A stretch of 49,183 nt of DNA from a virus (lineage: Duplodnaviria > Caudoviricetes): IMG/VR virus record IMGVR_UViG_3300037522_000084, positions 1 through 49,183 of that record; one strand, given 5' to 3'. Positions 25,724-33,981 of the stretch are shown in pieces (position 1 is the first letter of the stretch; each line of letters begins with the position of its first letter). The notes beneath the pieces were generated by a model. It was not told the DNA's origin. It made no database searches and saw only the letters and a program-made list of their open reading frames with translations. A program made the position numbers and the translations under genes.

Positions 25724-27121
25724 ATGACCCTCGGGATATACAACTCGAACGCCTTCCGGAACGCCGCCGGCGTGCAGGTCGTGCCGAACGCGAATGTCGA
25801 GGTGCGCCGGGAGTCGGACTCCGGCCTCGCGGACATCTTCGCGGACCGCGCGGGAGCCTCGCAGATCACGCAGGTCGCCTATCCGGGTACGACGGGCTTC
25901 CAAGCCGATGCGGACGGCTACTTCGAGTTCTTCGCGGCCGGGATCTCCGGCGGCTACCAGATCCGGGTCTACTCGGACGACCTGTCGCTCGACAAGACGA
26001 TCCACTACCAGGCGACGGGGACGGGGCGGGAGAGGGACGCGAGCGACTACGGCGCGACGATCATGGACGCGGCCAATGCGGCGGCGGCGCGGGCGTTGCT
26101 GGATACTCTGTCCGCCGCGCAGGTGGGCAGTGGCGCGTTCTCCATCCTCAACGGCTATCTCGACTGGACGGTCTCCGGCAACGCGCTCACCGCCGCGATC
26201 AAGACTTGGGCGGGCGCGGACCCATCCGCCGCAGACCCGGTCTACATCGCCTTTCGCGATCCGACTGCGGCTACTGGCCTGCCGCTGATCCGCAAGCTCA
26301 TCGGGGCGACAAGCGTCACGGCGAGCAGCGGCTCGACGCTCGGCACGATCAACAGCACGGCGTTTCGTCTGTGGTGCGTGGCGTTCGACGATGGCGGGAC
26401 GGTGCGGCTCGGGCTGATCAACTGTCTCTCGGGCACCGCGCCGAGCCTGAACATCTACCCGCTCGCCGGGTGGGGGATTGCCTCCAGCACGGCCGAGGGC
26501 GGCGCGGGCGCGGCGGATTCCGCGGCGGTGTTCTACACCGGCGCGGCGGTCACAGACAAGGCGTACTCAGTGCTCGGCTACGCGACGTGGGAGAGCGGGC
26601 TGGCGACGGCTGGGACGTGGAGCGCGGGGCCGACGAGGAAGCAGTTGTTCGGTGTGGGCGTGCCGCTGCCGGGGCAGACGGTACAGATGCAGCGCACGCA
26701 GACGGGAGCGGTGGCGACCGGCACGACGGTTTTGCCAAATGACGACACTATCCCTCAGAACACCGAGGGCAACGAGTACATGACGCGGGCGATTACGCCG
26801 ACCTCCGCCGCGAACCTACTTAGCGTTGAGTCCATCGTCAATCTTACGAATAATGCGACGGGTCAAGTTGCAGCCGCGCTGTTCCAAGACTCCACGGCCA
26901 ACGCGCTAGCGGCTGTCGGGGATGAAAACCAGAACAGCTCAGCGGAGAAGAATCTTCGCCTTCACCACAACCTGCGCGCAAGTACAACTTCTTCGACTGA
27001 GTTCAAAGTGCGCGCTGGTAACCACGCTGCGGGAACGACCACATTTAACGGTCAAGCCGGCGCGCGCATCTTTGGTGGCGTGTTCAACTCGTTCCTGCAA
27101 GCGACGGAGATCATGGCATGA
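25724..27121 (+). CDS. Tail fibre / receptor-binding protein
   Basis: AGGAG RBS; N-terminal attachment domain (ADADGYFEF), NAAAARALL linker, Thr/Ala/Gly-rich beta domains. Confidence 0.75.
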   Translation: MTLGIYNSNAFRNAAGVQVVPNANVEVRRESDSGLADIFADRAGASQITQVAYPGTTGFQADADGYFEFFAAGISGGYQIRVYSDDLSLDKTIHYQATGTGRERDASDYGATIMDAANAAAARALLDTLSAAQVGSGAFSILNGYLDWTVSGNALTAAIKTWAGADPSAADPVYIAFRDPTAATGLPLIRKLIGATSVTASSGSTLGTINSTAFRLWCVAFDDGGTVRLGLINCLSGTAPSLNIYPLAGWGIASSTAEGGAGAADSAAVFYTGAAVTDKAYSVLGYATWESGLATAGTWSAGPTRKQLFGVGVPLPGQTVQMQRTQTGAVATGTTVLPNDDTIPQNTEGNEYMTRAITPTSAANLLSVESIVNLTNNATGQVAAALFQDSTANALAAVGDENQNSSAEKNLRLHHNLRASTTSSTEFKVRAGNHAAGTTTFNGQAGARIFGGVFNSFLQATEIMA

Positions 27122-27396
27122 GACTCGCACCGATCATCCACTGGAAAACGAACAACACCCCCGGCGTGCGCTGCTTCTCCGAGCGCGCCTACGCCGAGGA
27201 GCGCGTGCTCTCCGACGGCAACAAGCTCGTGGACCTGCACCAGGTGGACGACACCTTCGTCTACTGGCCGCCGGAGCGCGGTCCGTTCCCAGACGCGGCC
27301 ACGCTAGCGCAGTGGGAGGCCGAGTACGCCGCGCGGCCGGTGGAGAGATCGCTCGATGAGCGCGTCGCGGAGCTCGAATCCAAGGAGACGCGATGA
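27118..27396 (+). CDS. Hypothetical protein (possible fibre-associated chaperone)
   Basis: ATGA-coupled to the fibre gene; WPPERGPFPD, LDERVAELE. Confidence 0.55.
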   Translation: MRLAPIIHWKTNNTPGVRCFSERAYAEERVLSDGNKLVDLHQVDDTFVYWPPERGPFPDAATLAQWEAEYAARPVERSLDERVAELESKETR

Positions 27397-27644
27397 GCGA
27401 CGAGCGCATCGACCAGCTCGAAAGCCGGCAGGCAGACCTGGAGCGGCGCTTCGCCGAGGCCTTCCCGGGCGGCGATCACGTCGGGCACTGCCGCTACCAC
27501 CAGTTGATGATCGAGGGCATCGACGCGAAGAAGCGCCTGCGCGAGGCGATCATGCAAAAGACCATCGCCGGCCTCGTCTGGGGCGCGATGATCGGCCTCG
27601 GGCTCGCCGTGTGGCAGTACCTCAAGTCTCTCCTCAAGGGCTGA
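27393..27644 (+). CDS. Membrane protein, holin/antiholin-like
   Basis: Coiled N-terminus and a single C-terminal transmembrane helix. Confidence 0.55.
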   Translation: MSDERIDQLESRQADLERRFAEAFPGGDHVGHCRYHQLMIEGIDAKKRLREAIMQKTIAGLVWGAMIGLGLAVWQYLKSLLKG

Positions 27645-27645
27645 G

Positions 27646-28092
27646 ATGCTGCGCCTGCTCCTCCCCATCCTGCTCCTCGGATGGGCAGGAGAGACGTGCG
27701 CGCAATTCCTGCGGGACTGCGATGGGCCGGCCTGGATTACGGCGACGCTTGCCTCCTACCACCTCGAGCGGCCGAACGGCTACGAGGAACGCAATCTCGG
27801 CATCGGCTTCGAGCACGCCTGCGGAGAGCTGCGCGGCGTGGGCGGGGTTTATCGGAACAGCAATCGCAGGACTTCGCTGTACGCAGGCGTGACGTGGCTG
27901 CCGCTTGCTTGGCGCGAGTTGCGCGCCGGGGCATTCGCAGGCGTGTTCAGCGGGTACTCGGAGTCGCTCCTGCCGGCGGGCGCGTTCGTGGGCGCGTGGG
28001 AGGGCCGCAGGTACGGCGTGAATCTGCTGCTGTTTCCGCCCTACGACGATTTCAAGGGGGTACTCGTTCTGCAGTTGAAAGCACGTTTTTAA
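27646..28092 (+). CDS. Small outer-membrane beta-barrel, PagP-like
   Basis: Signal peptide; SYH...YEERNLGIG...GVYRNS...GY...; C-terminal Phe. Confidence 0.6.
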   Translation: MLRLLLPILLLGWAGETCAQFLRDCDGPAWITATLASYHLERPNGYEERNLGIGFEHACGELRGVGGVYRNSNRRTSLYAGVTWLPLAWRELRAGAFAGVFSGYSESLLPAGAFVGAWEGRRYGVNLLLFPPYDDFKGVLVLQLKARF

Positions 28093-28103
28093 ACGGAGGC
28101 CAA

Positions 28104-28553
28104 ATGTACAACAAGGAATGGTTCTATGGTCGCGGCGTCCGTGATGAGCCGCAGCGCAAGGATTTCCGCAATTGCATCCTGATCCTCATTGCGGTCGGCG
28201 TGATTCTCGGGCTGCTCGCGGGCTGCGCGGCGGCGCCCACAGCCGAGCCCGCGGTGAAGCTCGAGGAGCGCTCGTTGGTCTTCCGAGCGACGCACCGCGA
28301 CGGTAGCCCCGTCGTCTTTCGCGCCTTCACCGCGAAGCCGTGCACCGATGCTCGAATCCTCGGCTTTCTCGAGCACAAGTTCGCCGCGCCGCCGGAGCTG
28401 CTGACGCGCTTCAAGGCGGCGATCCTGACCTGGGAGGGGCGCGATTGGGCTTCGTGCTGGATCGAGCAGCAGGGCTATGCGGTGTCGGTGGACGAGGAGG
28501 GCGCGCCATTCCAGCCGGTGCGAATGTCGAGGATGAAGGACGAGGCGCTGTGA
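28104..28553 (+). CDS. Putative lipoprotein
   Basis: GGAGG RBS; hydrophobic stretch ending in lipobox LAGC. Confidence 0.6.
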   Translation: MYNKEWFYGRGVRDEPQRKDFRNCILILIAVGVILGLLAGCAAAPTAEPAVKLEERSLVFRATHRDGSPVVFRAFTAKPCTDARILGFLEHKFAAPPELLTRFKAAILTWEGRDWASCWIEQQGYAVSVDEEGAPFQPVRMSRMKDEAL

Positions 28554-28972
28554 TCTACCGGCCGAGCCACTTCGGCTTGCAGGAGCTCGTCAGTCCGGAA
28601 ATCTTCAAGGCGCGCGGCGAGCGTGCATGGGAGATGCTCGACGTGTACGCCCTGGTCACGCTCGACCAGCTGCGCGAGTACTTCGGGCCGATCACCGTGA
28701 ACGACTGGCACTGGGGCGGCAGGTTCAAGTACAGCGGTATGCGCCCGTTCGTCGGTGGCGTCGGTGCGGTCTGGTCGATGCACCGCTTCGGCCGCGCGAA
28801 CGACTGCAAGCCGAAGGACGTGACGGCTCAAGAGATGCACGCCGGCATCCTCGCCAAGCCAGAGAAGTTCCCGCACATCCGGGTGCTCGAGGCAATCGCC
28901 GCCACGCCGACATGGGTCCACTGGGATACCAGGAACCACACGCGCTCTGGAATCTGGGTGGTGAACCCGTAA
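28550..28972 (+). CDS. Endolysin, peptidase M15-like
   Basis: GMR, SMHRFGRAND (SxHxxGxAxD), WVHWD. Confidence 0.85.
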   Translation: MIYRPSHFGLQELVSPEIFKARGERAWEMLDVYALVTLDQLREYFGPITVNDWHWGGRFKYSGMRPFVGGVGAVWSMHRFGRANDCKPKDVTAQEMHAGILAKPEKFPHIRVLEAIAATPTWVHWDTRNHTRSGIWVVNP

Positions 28973-28988
28973 CGAAAGGAGACCAGCA

Positions 28989-29162
28989 ATGAGCACTCTG
29001 TTCGCACGTCACCGCAAGCTCGTCGTCCTCGTCGCCGCAATGGCGCTGCTGTGGGCGAACCGCAATTCCGGTCTCACGCCGCAGGAGTTGCTGACCTACG
29101 TGGACGGGACTATCCAGCTCCTGACCGTGCTCGGCGTCTACGCGGCGCCGAACTCGCAATGA
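28989..29162 (+). CDS. Small holin-like protein (57 aa, not in the ORF track)
   Basis: AAGGAG RBS; two hydrophobic segments, ends LGVYAAPNSQ*. Confidence 0.65.
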   Translation: MSTLFARHRKLVVLVAAMALLWANRNSGLTPQELLTYVDGTIQLLTVLGVYAAPNSQ

Positions 29163-29548
29163 CCTGGCTCCTCTCCCTTGCCGGCAACTGGCGGGCCTGG
29201 GCGGCCGTGGGCGTGGCCGTCCTCGGTCTCGCCGTGTACGTCCAGACGGTGCGGCTCGACGGCTGCAAGGCCGAGCTCGAGGGTGCGCGGGCGAAGCTCT
29301 CCGTCCTGGGCGCGCAGATCGAGGCGCAGAACGCGGCCGTCGTCTCGCTAGAGCTCGAAGGTAGGGCGAGGGTCGCCGAGGCAGCCAGGGCGCTCGCCAA
29401 CGCACGCGAGAAGGCCGAGGTCCTGCACGGGCAACTGCGCCGCTTCAGCGAAGTTCTGAAGGCCGCCGAGGACAATCCCGAGATCACGCAAGCCTCAGCC
29501 TGTCCCGCTGGCGACGCCGTGCAGGAGGTCCGCCGTGCGCTGCGCTAG
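29159..29548 (+). CDS. Inner-membrane spanin (Rz-like)
   Basis: N-terminal transmembrane helix, coiled coil, C-terminal Cys. Confidence 0.8.
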   Translation: MTWLLSLAGNWRAWAAVGVAVLGLAVYVQTVRLDGCKAELEGARAKLSVLGAQIEAQNAAVVSLELEGRARVAEAARALANAREKAEVLHGQLRRFSEVLKAAEDNPEITQASACPAGDAVQEVRRALR

Positions 29549-29801
29549 TTTTAGCACAGTCCTGTGCTACAGCCTTCTCATCGCCGGCTGCGCCTCGGAC
29601 CCGAAGCTGCCCGAGGTCGTCCGCGTGCCTGTGGCCGTGCCCTGCATCGAGGCGCTACCAGAGGCGCCCGAGACCGCGCGTGATGCGGAGCTCCTCGCCC
29701 TGGACGACTACCGGCTGGTGCTCACGCTGGCGAGGGACCGGGCGGCGCTCGCCGCGTCCTACGGCGAACTGCGGGCGCTCGCTGGGGCGTGCGTGAAGTA
29801 A
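29535..29801 (+). CDS. Outer-membrane spanin (Rz1-like lipoprotein)
   Basis: Lipobox IAGC, VRVPVAVPC; overlaps the i-spanin. Confidence 0.82.
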   Translation: MRCASFSTVLCYSLLIAGCASDPKLPEVVRVPVAVPCIEALPEAPETARDAELLALDDYRLVLTLARDRAALAASYGELRALAGACVK

Positions 29802-29806
29802 AGAAT

Positions 29807-29874
29807 GGCCGGGGCGGCGCCGCACGTCTGAACCTCCTCCTCCTCCTGGTTCTCGGGCGGCGTTTGCCCTGGCC
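29807..29874. other. Long stem-loop with (TCC)n loop between convergent operons
   Basis: GGCCGGGGCGGCGCCGC pairs with GCGGCGTTTGCCCTGGCC; inner GAACC/GGTTC closes the loop TCCTCCTCCTCCT. Confidence 0.55.
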
Positions 29875-29876
29875 TC

Positions 29877-30146
29877 CTACTTCAGCCAGTCAGGGACGGG
29901 CTGGTTCGTCATGATGAGGAAGAGCTTGAAGAGACCCGGGTGCATGCGCCGGTTCTCGGCCGGGTTCTCGCTCTCCCAGTTCTGCCAGGCTTTGACCGAG
30001 CCGATCACGCGGGCGGCCGCTTCGGACTGGCTGAGACCCGCGCGCTCGCGGGCGGCGCGGATCTCCGCTGGCGTGGGCACCCGGCTCTTGTCGGTGAGCC
30101 CCCGGCGCGGGTGATTCTCGGGCATGCGGGCGAGTGTAGCAGTCAT
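29877..30146 (-). CDS. XRE-family HTH regulator
   Basis: PTPAEIRAARERAGLSQSEAA...WQNWE; AGGAAAGGAG RBS. Confidence 0.85.
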   Translation of the reverse strand: MTATLARMPENHPRRGLTDKSRVPTPAEIRAARERAGLSQSEAAARVIGSVKAWQNWESENPAENRRMHPGLFKLFLIMTNQPVPDWLK

Positions 30147-30433
30147 GACGTTTCTCCTTTCCTGGCTGAGTCGATCGAGCGCAGCGCGGCCGCGGCGCCA
30201 TCGGTGATGCCGAGATCGCGCCCGGCGCGCCTGAAGAGCCGCAGGGCGCGCGCCAGCGGGTAGGGCCGCCCTCGGTACTCCAGCGGCACCAGGTCGCGCC
30301 TGGCGTGCCTGGGCAGCCTCACGATGCGAACAGGGGGCTGGTGCAGGGCGATAGCGTGGAGCCACGCCCGGCCCTCCTTGAACAGCAGGAGGGCGTGGGC
30401 GTTGCCGTCGCGCAGGATCTCCGGGGCGGTCAC
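30143..30433 (-). CDS. Hypothetical protein
   Basis: 96 aa, coupled at both ends within the leftward operon. Confidence 0.6.
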   Translation of the reverse strand: MTAPEILRDGNAHALLLFKEGRAWLHAIALHQPPVRIVRLPRHARRDLVPLEYRGRPYPLARALRLFRRAGRDLGITDGAAAALRSIDSARKGETS

Positions 30434-31116
30434 GGCCGCACCTCGTGCAGCGTGGCGGCCGCTGGCCGACCTTCCGCCTCGGCGCGTTTAAACGCCGTGC
30501 CGCAGTCGCCGCAGGTGGCATTGAACTCATCGCGCGCCACGCGGGCGATCACGCCGCAGCCGCAGGTGAACTTGCGCAGGCGCGAGCCCGAGCCGGCGCC
30601 GCGCGACTTCCCGCCCTTCACGCCGACGCCGGCGCCGCACGGCCGGAGCTTCAGTTGCAGCGGCATGCCGTTCGGTCCGAAGCCACCGAACGGGGTCGGC
30701 TTGCCGTCCGTGGGCTTCGGGAGCGCGGCGATCGCCTGCCGGATCTCCGGGGCGAAGCAGGCGGGCGAGTAGCGCGTGCCGCCGGCGCGCACGAAGAGCA
30801 AGCCCAGGCGCTTGCACGCCTCGAGCCAGGCCTTGCCGTGGCCGGCCCCAGGGCCCGCCAGAACGTGCGCCAGCTCGTGCAGCGTGGTGCCGGCGACCTG
30901 GATGGGGGAGTCCTCGCCGAAGGCGCAGATCTCGGCGAAGGCGTGCTCGTGCCCGTTCTTCCAGCAGCCGAAGTAGGTGACGCCGCGCGTCGCCTTGGAG
31001 CCGGCGCCGTAGACGAGCTTCGCGTCGAGGGCGGCGGCGCGCTCCTGGTCGTTTAAACGCTGCACGGCGATCGAGCGGACTGCGTGGATGTACTGCTCGT
31101 GGGTGAATGTGCTCAT
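30430..31116 (-). CDS. SprT-like zinc metalloprotease with C-terminal zinc ribbon
   Basis: TTLHELAH...GHGKAW; CGCG...CGDCG; AGGAGG RBS before ATG at 31116. Confidence 0.75.
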   Translation of the reverse strand: MSTFTHEQYIHAVRSIAVQRLNDQERAAALDAKLVYGAGSKATRGVTYFGCWKNGHEHAFAEICAFGEDSPIQVAGTTLHELAHVLAGPGAGHGKAWLEACKRLGLLFVRAGGTRYSPACFAPEIRQAIAALPKPTDGKPTPFGGFGPNGMPLQLKLRPCGAGVGVKGGKSRGAGSGSRLRKFTCGCGVIARVARDEFNATCGDCGTAFKRAEAEGRPAAATLHEVRP

Positions 31117-31171
31117 GCTGGCCTCCTGCCCCTGAACCCCGAGGCGCGGGCGGCGGAATCTTCCGCCTGTC

Positions 31172-31214
31172 TGAGTGGACCCGGGGGGACTCGAACCCCC
31201 GCCCTTCGGGTCCA
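31172..31214 (-). ncRNA. Minimal tRNA/tmRNA-like element (acceptor stem plus T arm only)
   Basis: Minus strand TGGACCCG-AAGGGC-GGGGG-TTCGAGT-CCCCC-CGGGTCCA-CTCA. Confidence 0.55.
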
Positions 31215-31268
31215 TACCCTAGGGCGTCACCTGAACCGGGCCCGCCGTACTACCTTGCTACAGTTCCT

Positions 31269-31296
31269 ATTATCCCCCATTGAGGGATAATGTCAA
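31269..31296 (-). promoter_or_regulatory. Promoter with palindromic operator for the leftward accessory operon
   Basis: Minus strand TTGACA-N16-GATAAT; perfect arms ATTATCCC-N7-GGGATAAT (31269-31291). Confidence 0.7.
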
Positions 31297-31499
31297 GAGG
31301 TAAAACAGGCCTACCGGGTGGCGTTTCGCAGGGCGGAACCCGGGCGGCGGGTGGTCTACCTGTCGGATTCGGCCACCACGAAGTGCTTGCGCACGTCCCC
31401 GAGCTCGCGGCAGTTCTGCAGTTCGCAGCGCGGGAACTTCGAGGCCACGCACGAGCGTGCGGCGTCGGCGTTCTCGGCGTGCACGAGGACCTCTAGGAT

Positions 31500-31722
31500 C
31501 TTCGCGTGGGTGATGACGTCGAGCAGGTAGAGATTCATATCGAGAGCCTCATAGATAGCGGTCCTAAATTCGGGTGCAATGCCCGTAGGTTGCAGCGCAT
31601 TTTTCAGGACCGATTCCACCGCAAATATCTGAACTCAAAGCATTCGCAGCGCAACGGTTGGTAAGCGAGCCTTACAAAGAATCAGCGGCTTGCGTGCCAC
31701 GATTTAGAACGCGTCCTAAATC
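31500..31722. other. Probable attP region
   Basis: Lower-GC stretch next to the integrase 3' end; GTCCTAAAT at 31561 and 31713; near-palindrome GATTTAGAACGCGTCCTAAATC at 31701-31722. Confidence 0.45.
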
Positions 31723-32734
31723 AGGCCGTTTTCTTCGGTTCGAGCGGCGCCACAACCGAGCCCCTCGCCCGGCGGTAGACCGTAGCGGTGGTCTGCTCGC
31801 TCTCGTGCCCGAGCAGCTCCTGCGCCCTCTTCAAGTCCAGCGCGTCGGACGCGGTGCGCGCGCGGATGTCCCTGAACTGCCAGTCCGCATCACCGCGGGC
31901 GGCGCAGAAGCGCCGGTTCAGCGCGTTGTACAGCACGCGCTGGCCGCGCCGGTCGGCGATGATATGCACGCTCTGGACCTTGCGCGGGCGCTTGAGGATG
32001 CGCTCGAGCACGGCGGCCAGCGCTCCCGTCACCGCGATCCCGATCCGCTTGCCCGTCTTCTGCTGGTCGATCCACCACACCCCGTCGACGATGTCCGCCC
32101 GGCGCGCCTTGAGCAGATCCGAGGGTCGCTGACCCGTCAGGTAGCCGAGGTCCATCGCGTCCTTCAGGACGTCGTCCCCGAGCGCGTAGACCGCCTGGAA
32201 CATTGCCTCGGTCACGTACACCTTGCGCCGGCCCATCGGCTCGTAGGTGCGTTTCTCGGCCCGGCTGAACCTTATCCCGAGGAACGGATTCGGGGCGTTC
32301 GTCAGGCCCTCACCGCGGGCCCAATTGAACAGCGCCGAGCCGACGCGCTTCTCGAAGAGCGCGGCGCCCTTGCGCGAGCGCTTGCGCAGGTAGTGCTTGA
32401 TGTGGCGCGGCTGGATCTGCTCGAGCACGTACCTGCGGAAGTACACCTCGAGGTTACGCAGCGCGTGCTCGTAGTGGGCCTTGGTGCTCGCCGAGAAACC
32501 GGAGAATGTCGCCGCCCGGTATTGCGCGGCGATGTGCGGGAACAGTACCCTCGGGCCGTTCGCCTCGAGCCTCGCCCATTCCTCCTTGGCAGCCGGGAGG
32601 TTTGAGCCGAGCGCGATCTGCTTGCCCGCCGCCTGGTAGTAGTAGAGCACCTTGCCCGACGCAAGGCGGCGCCCCTTCATCCGCGGCGGCAGATCGTGCC
32701 AGGTGCTCTTCGGCCTCCCCATCCCGAGGGTCAT
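31721..32734 (-). CDS. int: Tyrosine integrase
   Basis: TGQRPSD (R), QQKTG (K), FRDIR, LLGH, VYRR; arm-binding N-terminus LPPRM...YYY; start at 32734 or 32722. Confidence 0.92.
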   Translation of the reverse strand: MTLGMGRPKSTWHDLPPRMKGRRLASGKVLYYYQAAGKQIALGSNLPAAKEEWARLEANGPRVLFPHIAAQYRAATFSGFSASTKAHYEHALRNLEVYFRRYVLEQIQPRHIKHYLRKRSRKGAALFEKRVGSALFNWARGEGLTNAPNPFLGIRFSRAEKRTYEPMGRRKVYVTEAMFQAVYALGDDVLKDAMDLGYLTGQRPSDLLKARRADIVDGVWWIDQQKTGKRIGIAVTGALAAVLERILKRPRKVQSVHIIADRRGQRVLYNALNRRFCAARGDADWQFRDIRARTASDALDLKRAQELLGHESEQTTATVYRRARGSVVAPLEPKKTA

Positions 32735-32928
32735 GGTACAGGCCCGAGCTCCGGTTCGGAAACGTCCATTTCCGCGAGGTCGCGGCGCACCGCAGGCCGA
32801 CCGCGGGCGTTGACGGTGAAGGGGATGCCGTTCGCCTTCAGCCATTCGATCTGCCTGGACGGGCGCACGTACCCGGTGAGCCGCTCAAGGTCGCCGTCGT
32901 CGAGGAAGGCGGAATTCATGAGGCTCAT
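32731..32928 (-). CDS. Excisionase-like protein (DUF4224 type)
   Basis: FLDDGDLERLTGY..PSRQIEWL..NGIPF..NARGRP, directly upstream of int. Confidence 0.8.
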   Translation of the reverse strand: MSLMNSAFLDDGDLERLTGYVRPSRQIEWLKANGIPFTVNARGRPAVRRDLAEMDVSEPELGPVP

Positions 32929-33176
32929 GCCTCGATGGCCCCCGGAGGCGGGCAAGGCATGTCGAACGGGCGGCGCTCTAGTTCGGTGACGCGCTTCTTC
33001 AATTCATCGATCTCGCGGCGCAGCACCTCCGGCGTCATGGAGGCATGGAAGGTCTTCCGGCACGGGGTCTTGCAGAATTTCTGCCAGGCGCGCTTCGGCG
33101 TAAACATGGTGCCGCAGGCCGGGCAGGGGGTTTCCGCTGCTCCTGAATGCGCCTGATGCGTCTGAGAAGCGCTCAC
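32925..33176 (-). CDS. Small zinc-finger protein
   Basis: CPACGTMF...QKFCKTPCR followed by a coiled coil. Confidence 0.6.
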   Translation of the reverse strand: MSASQTHQAHSGAAETPCPACGTMFTPKRAWQKFCKTPCRKTFHASMTPEVLRREIDELKKRVTELERRPFDMPCPPPGAIEA

Positions 33177-33179
33177 GGC

Positions 33180-33599
33180 CTATCGATCCTCTCCAAGCTC
33201 GAACATATCGCCGACCGCGCGCCCCTCGCGCTTCGTCCTGTATGCCGTCTCGGCGTGATGCCGATGGTCGTATCTCAGATGGCAGTACTGGCACCAGGCG
33301 CGCAAGTTCTCCGGGGCGCAGTTCTCCGGCGTGTGGTCCAGGTGCGCGACCGTCAGCACCACCTTGAACGGCTTGAAGCCGAGCTCGCGCACGGCAGACT
33401 CCGAGATCAGCGGGATGCTCACCAGCTCGGTGTCGCGCGCACACCTGTTCCAATTGCCGGCACCATCGCGATAGCCGAATGCGTAGTTCGGCACGCCGCA
33501 GTTCTCACACCGATGGCGGGCGCGCTCGAGGATTGCCGGCCGGATCTCGCTTTGCCAGTTCTGCGGGTAGCGCTCGACGTTTTCCGGTCGGATCGGCAT
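33180..33599 (-). CDS. HNH-like nuclease-fold protein
   Basis: MPIRPEN..RYP..W, CENCG, LTVAHLDH.PEN...NL...CQYCH. Confidence 0.8.
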   Translation of the reverse strand: MPIRPENVERYPQNWQSEIRPAILERARHRCENCGVPNYAFGYRDGAGNWNRCARDTELVSIPLISESAVRELGFKPFKVVLTVAHLDHTPENCAPENLRAWCQYCHLRYDHRHHAETAYRTKREGRAVGDMFELGEDR

Positions 33600-33981
33600 C
33601 ACTTCACCTGGAAGAAGCCGAGGGCGCCCTTGTACGGGCGGAATGGCAGCGTCGTCGCGTCCCGCAGGACGAAGCCGAAGTCGCCGAAGAACCACGGCGA
33701 GTCGCTCTGCCTCACGCAGTCGGCGAGCACCGCAGAACCGACGATGCCGCCGCGCGGGAGGTCCTCGAACGGCGGGAGCGCGAGGCTCGGCCTGATCTCC
33801 TCGAGCGTGTTCACCCCGTTTCGTACTCGTCGCGCGTCATGCCCTTGCTGGCATGGATTAGGAACGGCCCGCGGTACTTCGTCGGCCAGTCCCGATTCTC
33901 GATGTCCTTCCCCGCGTGGAGGATCAGCCACGCCCAGGGCTGGCGGATGCTGAGGGCGATGCAGGGCGTTTTCTCGATCAT
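33599..33981 (-). pseudogene. ASCH-domain protein split by a frameshift near 33815
   Basis: N-half [28 protein letters not shown] ends in TGA at 33811; C-half RGGIVG...PWFFG..GFVL...KGALGFF is in the -1 frame. Confidence 0.75.

Noticed and set aside
25724-27121. Remote DGR target in the tail fibre or tail tip
   Set aside because: By eye there is no similarity to TR at the 3' ends of these genes; a local alignment would confirm
31172-31250. Full tRNA gene
   Set aside because: D arm, anticodon arm and CCA are absent; reported only as a tRNA-like minihelix
33197-33208. 12-nt contiguous match (GCTCGAACATAT) to the reverse complement of the concatenated NN string of unit 5
   Set aside because: It does not extend further, and a 12-mer hit is plausible by chance given the many windows tried in 49 kb
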